This document shows, one piece after another, positions 60,901 through 64,000 of a DNA stretch of 64,000 nucleotides (the stretch's first letter is position 1; the number at the start of each line of letters is the position of its first letter). The notes below the pieces were generated by a model. The model saw only the letters and a program-made list of their open reading frames with translations, made no database searches and had not been told where the DNA came from. A program made the translations under genes and the position numbers. Location: NCBI GenBank assembly GCA_963664115.2, contig CAXWPJ010000009.1:288001-352000 (forward strand), written 5' to 3'. The DNA comes from Terriglobia bacterium. GTDB taxonomy: Bacteria; Acidobacteriota; Terriglobia; 20CM-2-55-15.

Positions 60901-61858
60901 CTTCTACCGTGAGCTCATCTGAGCGAACGCGGCCCGAAGCGTGGAACTGGCCACCGGAGAACTCAAGGTCTCCAACTGTCTCCATACGACCTGCAAGGTC
61001 TTCATCGACGAAGAAATAGTTCAGAAATCCGAGTTCGAGACTCCCCACATAACCAAGCTGTCCCTCCGGTCCACGGAGAACCTCATCGATCCTCCCCTGG
61101 AGCGTCATCCTGCTTTCTCCCGATACCACAACCGCTGTCTCAACCAGAACCGTACCTCGGGTGTAGTCGAAATCGGCAGAGAGTGTATAGGGAATGAGCG
61201 GTCTGCCCGTACGTTCCACTGCACCGTCGTAGGCGACGTGACCTGATAAAACTCCGGTGGACCCGGCAATTGAGAACGCACCCTCCAGCGAAGCCAATCC
61301 GAAATCGACATCAACGCGCCGCTCGTCAAAATTCAGCGATCCGTCAACAACAACGAACTCATCGACAGACAGTTGAAAACCTCTGGAATCGCTTTCAGAA
61401 CGCGAGGGAGGAATCGGAAGATTGGTTCCTTCATCCGCATCGATCGTTATGAAAATCTCAGGCCGTTCTATCGAAAGTGAGGATAAATCCAGAGATCTCC
61501 GAAACAGCCCCGTCCACGAGAGTCCGATTTCGACACGATCGATCGCGACCAGAGGGGAACTGGATGGATCCTCTTCACCCCTTAAGACAAGCCCCTCCAG
61601 GGCGAAACGCTGCCGGCGAAAGTCCGCGTCGAAGCGCTCCAAAGTGGCGACCGTACCGGTTCGTTCTTCGATCCAGCCAACGATGTAGTCGGCGCCAAAT
61701 TGTTCAAAATCCGCAGAACTCAGGAAGTACACCACGCCTCCGAACAATGCCAACAACGCCAGCGCGGCAGCACCGAGTACCCTGAATGCTCTCTTTTTAT
61801 TCCACCACTTCAATTTCACTTCTCGCGATAAGCGAATCCGTCCAAGCCGAAATTTCAC
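57974..61858 (-). CDS. Translocation and assembly module TamB (AsmA-like, DUF490) protein
   Basis: 1294 aa, N-terminal TM, beta-rich body, C-terminal LRSDPPL...EQIT...YS; true start may be a little downstream. Confidence 0.85.
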   Translation of the reverse strand: MKFRLGRIRLSREVKLKWWNKKRAFRVLGAAALALLALFGGVVYFLSSADFEQFGADYIVGWIEERTGTVATLERFDADFRRQRFALEGLVLRGEEDPSSSPLVAIDRVEIGLSWTGLFRRSLDLSSLSIERPEIFITIDADEGTNLPIPPSRSESDSRGFQLSVDEFVVVDGSLNFDERRVDVDFGLASLEGAFSIAGSTGVLSGHVAYDGAVERTGRPLIPYTLSADFDYTRGTVLVETAVVVSGESRMTLQGRIDEVLRGPEGQLGYVGSLELGFLNYFFVDEDLAGRMETVGDLEFSGGQFHASGRVRSDELTVEGWSGTNLFSDFEYSFPERTLVASGLSADVLGGRTTGTAAVLSLPGPARRVELKLAFEGIDTTALRRIYPWQGPYVVTSTAGGTLAGWFEGKFVRFDFQGNSQFESALRTEFAGAVSLPISGSTLYHGVPGAIEVTGLVAQLGSTAFEANGLIDREVTALDFVVESQDFRDLAFLYGPANGHGRLEGVIEGRIAEPNLSGVFTVVSYSYGELEIDSLEGRATLTSDEVEMNNVRVLDGKSEIRVNGRFDRDLGLPDLRVDLVAVDAVELRRFVNWPLDGVVSGELRLFSIDPLRFDAQLESAAFSYDGNRVGRVEAAVMFDPDTVHVSNIAVNQGAASLAGDVLYEQGTGTLAGSVVFSGHRLEDYQWLGVPAGLAGEVRTASFGVEGTVGAPLVEGQAVLDDFRFREQYFPEAVLEIETIGRSMRAEIQAGPELSLAAEIDTAVDGYPFQGTASFVDYGADRPVGLSNGSLTVSGTATFGGQLRDLAGLEGRGQVTGLTARFQDRDLRVSQPFTFEFDSERVQVSSIELAGDATALVLEGTVAVSEQAPLDLSVRGNVDLSLVLSGYAGLEGEGIIVVDGQVSGTLASPELGGIATLESVSLGHESLFLSLSSLSGDLFFDGNRVNLNDIRGNAGGGDVTLRGTVGVERAGPGDFDIRLDASNVRVRTAEGLRIVVNGALVLGGTGQTPSLEGNLQVIDLSFDESFDAFLEMLGGGLGGADSEGPLDQLALALHVAGDRNIRVENEVVSIDARLDLDIGGTWGDPTMTGHIESTAGNLNFQGSRYRISRGAIDFVDPLGIQPLIDVQAETELRDYRIMLAITGRGDDVRLDLRSDPPLPQLEIVSLVAGGRTREELAEDRPDASLVPTSEQLFTGGAATILADLLQERVGSRLGVLGRVRIDPFLVGAENNSVARVTISEQITRDLAITYSQDLSSAKQQIILIEYFLNNDTSFIASRDETGAFGVDIRLRRRFK

Positions 61859-62429
61859 GATCCGCCTTTTCGGTGATGACGTTTTCGCTTATCAAATCGC
61901 CGACTTCGTCCAGTGCAGGCACGGGTTCCAAACCGCGAGCCCTTGCTTCGGGACGAAATACCGTTTCGTAATAGTTCGTAATTTCTTCTTCCGTCGCTGC
62001 CGTAAACCGTCGAAACCGCAAATCGAAATAGGTGATTCGTTCCAACCGTTTCCGTGCCGAGTCGCGGATCACCTCCCTCGTGAGGTTACCGGTGTCCGGG
62101 TACTGAGAGATGATTTCATCCACCCGTTCTTCGTCTATCCGAAGGCCGGGAAACTGGTCGATCTGATCTTGAATCAGCAAGTCTTCGATCACTGCCTGGA
62201 GGAGGGCGGATTCATTGTCCTCTACCACATCGCCGAACAAACGGGCCACTTCTCCGTGACGCCGAACGTCACCCAGTGTGACGACACGTCCGTCGACGAT
62301 GGCCATCATCCGGTCAATCAGATCCGCACGACTCACACTCCCTGAGAACAACATTCCCAGAACTATGCCGGCAAGGAGCACACCCCTATGAAGTACGGAG
62401 AGCCTGCTGCCCTGTGCGTGTGTCTTCAA
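61797..62429 (-). CDS. SurA N-terminal-like periplasmic protein
   Basis: Signal peptide; IDRMMAIVDGRVVTL...LQAVIE.LLI pattern. Confidence 0.65.
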   Translation of the reverse strand: MKTHAQGSRLSVLHRGVLLAGIVLGMLFSGSVSRADLIDRMMAIVDGRVVTLGDVRRHGEVARLFGDVVEDNESALLQAVIEDLLIQDQIDQFPGLRIDEERVDEIISQYPDTGNLTREVIRDSARKRLERITYFDLRFRRFTAATEEEITNYYETVFRPEARARGLEPVPALDEVGDLISENVITEKADREISAWTDSLIARSEIEVVE

Positions 62430-62522
62430 AACGCATGCCCCAATGTCAAAAACACGTGATTATGAGACTCGTTCGGTTGACGGTTCATGTTAAAACCAAA
62501 ATCCAGACGGATCGGACCTAGT

Positions 62523-64000
62523 CCCAAAACAAGCGCATAACCAGTCCGCCGAGGCCCAGTTCGCGCCGATAGAATTCGAGGCATAGAATCCCGTTCCCGG
62601 ATGGCCTGTTCCAGGTATCGAGTTTCTGTTGAATCTGTTTCAGTTCAGCCTCGCTGGTGTTGGACGGTTGACAGAAACCGGGACCTCGATCGCCCGGGCT
62701 CAGAGTCATGATCGGGTCAACATCGCAGAGGCTGACGCAACACATCCACCCCGCGGAACAAGACCGGCAACCACCGGTTCCAGGCCAGGATCCGGAACAG
62801 AATGCGCCGCCCGGTGCGCACGAGTTGGCACGGCACAAGCATGAAAGCGTTCAAGAAGGTTTTGAACTCCATGCGCAGCACGGTTTGCTTCTCAGCCTGA
62901 TATTTTTGGCCCCAACGTCCGGTTTCGGGAAGCAGCAATGCAAACCACGCTTTCAGTGTCCAGGCCAGTGACGCGATCACCATGTAGGCCCAGTTGCTGG
63001 TCTGATCTCCGACCGGCATCCGCAACGCCTGAACGCCGTTCTTCAACTGCTCAATGAGATTCTCCTGATTGCACCGTTGATTGGCACGCATCACAATCTG
63101 GTCGGCCGGATCCGAACGGTTGGTAATGTAGAAGAAGTACCGGATGTCGTCAAACAACACCTGCTCTCCTTTGGCCACCGACAGATTCTTCCGCACCACG
63201 ACGACACGGTAGTCCCGATCGCAGGCTCCGGGTCGATACCGAAACTCGGCCACATCCTCACCCTGCAAGCGGATATTGTCGAAACCGCGCTGCCGAACGA
63301 TCTCTTCCTTCACGTTGTCGGGACGTTGGCGCGGTTCGGTCGCCACGTCGTATTTCGCGGGCCGTTCCAGGCGCTTCCACTGGCGCGGCTCCAGTTCATC
63401 GGCCCGGGCCTTCAGGTTCGCCATCGCGTCAATCCCGAATATGAAACCCACCTGCTGGTCGTCCCATCCGTCCAGATGCCGGGTCTGGCTGAAGTCCGTG
63501 TCCCCGCGCAGCAGGATCTGGCGAAACCCCGCATGCCGGCACAATGCGATGGCTTGGTCGAACCGGACCGCGGCTCCTTCATGCGACGGCCGGTTGCCGC
63601 TACGATTGACCAGATACAGCGGTTCGGCGGTGTTGGCCAGCGAGATCATCAGCGGGTGATATCCCCACGTCCCGTCGTAGGCCACGTCCATCCCTTGCTT
63701 GCATTCCCCCGTGGTTTCGGCCAGTGTCCCGTCCGCGTCCAACACCGCTTCTTCGAAAAACGCCGCCGGTTGCTGTCGCCAGACTCCGAGCCGGACTTGA
63801 TTGGTTGCCTCCATCAGACACTCCACGTCGTCGGCCTCGAATCTCCGGCAGAAGTCTCCCGCCGTCGTCGGATCCGGAATCCGTTGCGCTCCCAGCGCAT
63901 CCAGATACACCGCATCGTTGCGCCGCAGTTCGATGTCTTCCAGGCACGTTCCTCCGCTCAAGGCGTTGTAGGCGATGTTCAGCACGTGATCCGACTCGTG
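62523..64000 (-). mobile_element. IS1380-family element, cut by the window edge
   Basis: Transposase below; probable terminus cccaaaacaagcg near 62523; partner IR is outside the window. Confidence 0.75.
62717..64000 (-). CDS. IS1380-family transposase (5' part outside the window)
   Basis: PDPTTAGDF, LDADGT, GYHPL, LRGDTDF, RCNQENLIEQLK. Confidence 0.9.
   Translation of the reverse strand, partial: HESDHVLNIAYNALSGGTCLEDIELRRNDAVYLDALGAQRIPDPTTAGDFCRRFEADDVECLMEATNQVRLGVWRQQPAAFFEEAVLDADGTLAETTGECKQGMDVAYDGTWGYHPLMISLANTAEPLYLVNRSGNRPSHEGAAVRFDQAIALCRHAGFRQILLRGDTDFSQTRHLDGWDDQQVGFIFGIDAMANLKARADELEPRQWKRLERPAKYDVATEPRQRPDNVKEEIVRQRGFDNIRLQGEDVAEFRYRPGACDRDYRVVVVRKNLSVAKGEQVLFDDIRYFFYITNRSDPADQIVMRANQRCNQENLIEQLKNGVQALRMPVGDQTSNWAYMVIASLAWTLKAWFALLLPETGRWGQKYQAEKQTVLRMEFKTFLNAFMLVPCQLVRTGRRILFRILAWNRWLPVLFRGVDVLRQPLRC

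Overview
A moderately GC-rich bacterial chromosome segment. Gene content suggests Acidobacteriota, but that is inference. Most of it is housekeeping and energy metabolism: a hydantoinase/oxoprolinase A-B pair, an sdhCAB operon directly followed by frdABCD, an EF-G paralogue, LPS-heptose/dTDP-sugar/glycosyltransferase genes and peptidases. It also holds a large respiratory cluster (HEAT, Rieske, split cytochrome b, octaheme cytochrome c, heme A/O synthases, ABC, SCO) with no oxidase subunits in the window, then gatCA, skp, tamB and a truncated IS1380-family element at the right edge. The most striking object is a 4076-bp IS1-family cargo element at 30579-34654 with 23-bp terminal inverted repeats and an 8-bp target duplication. 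It carries a RelE-like toxin / HTH antitoxin / DUF3467-like triad. It also carries an unannotated, fully paired tRNA-like gene at 32103-32176 with anticodon GCU, a short variable loop and an inverted C19:G56 elbow pair, directly upstream of its transposase. That transposase is itself split by an IS256 element with a 9-bp target duplication.
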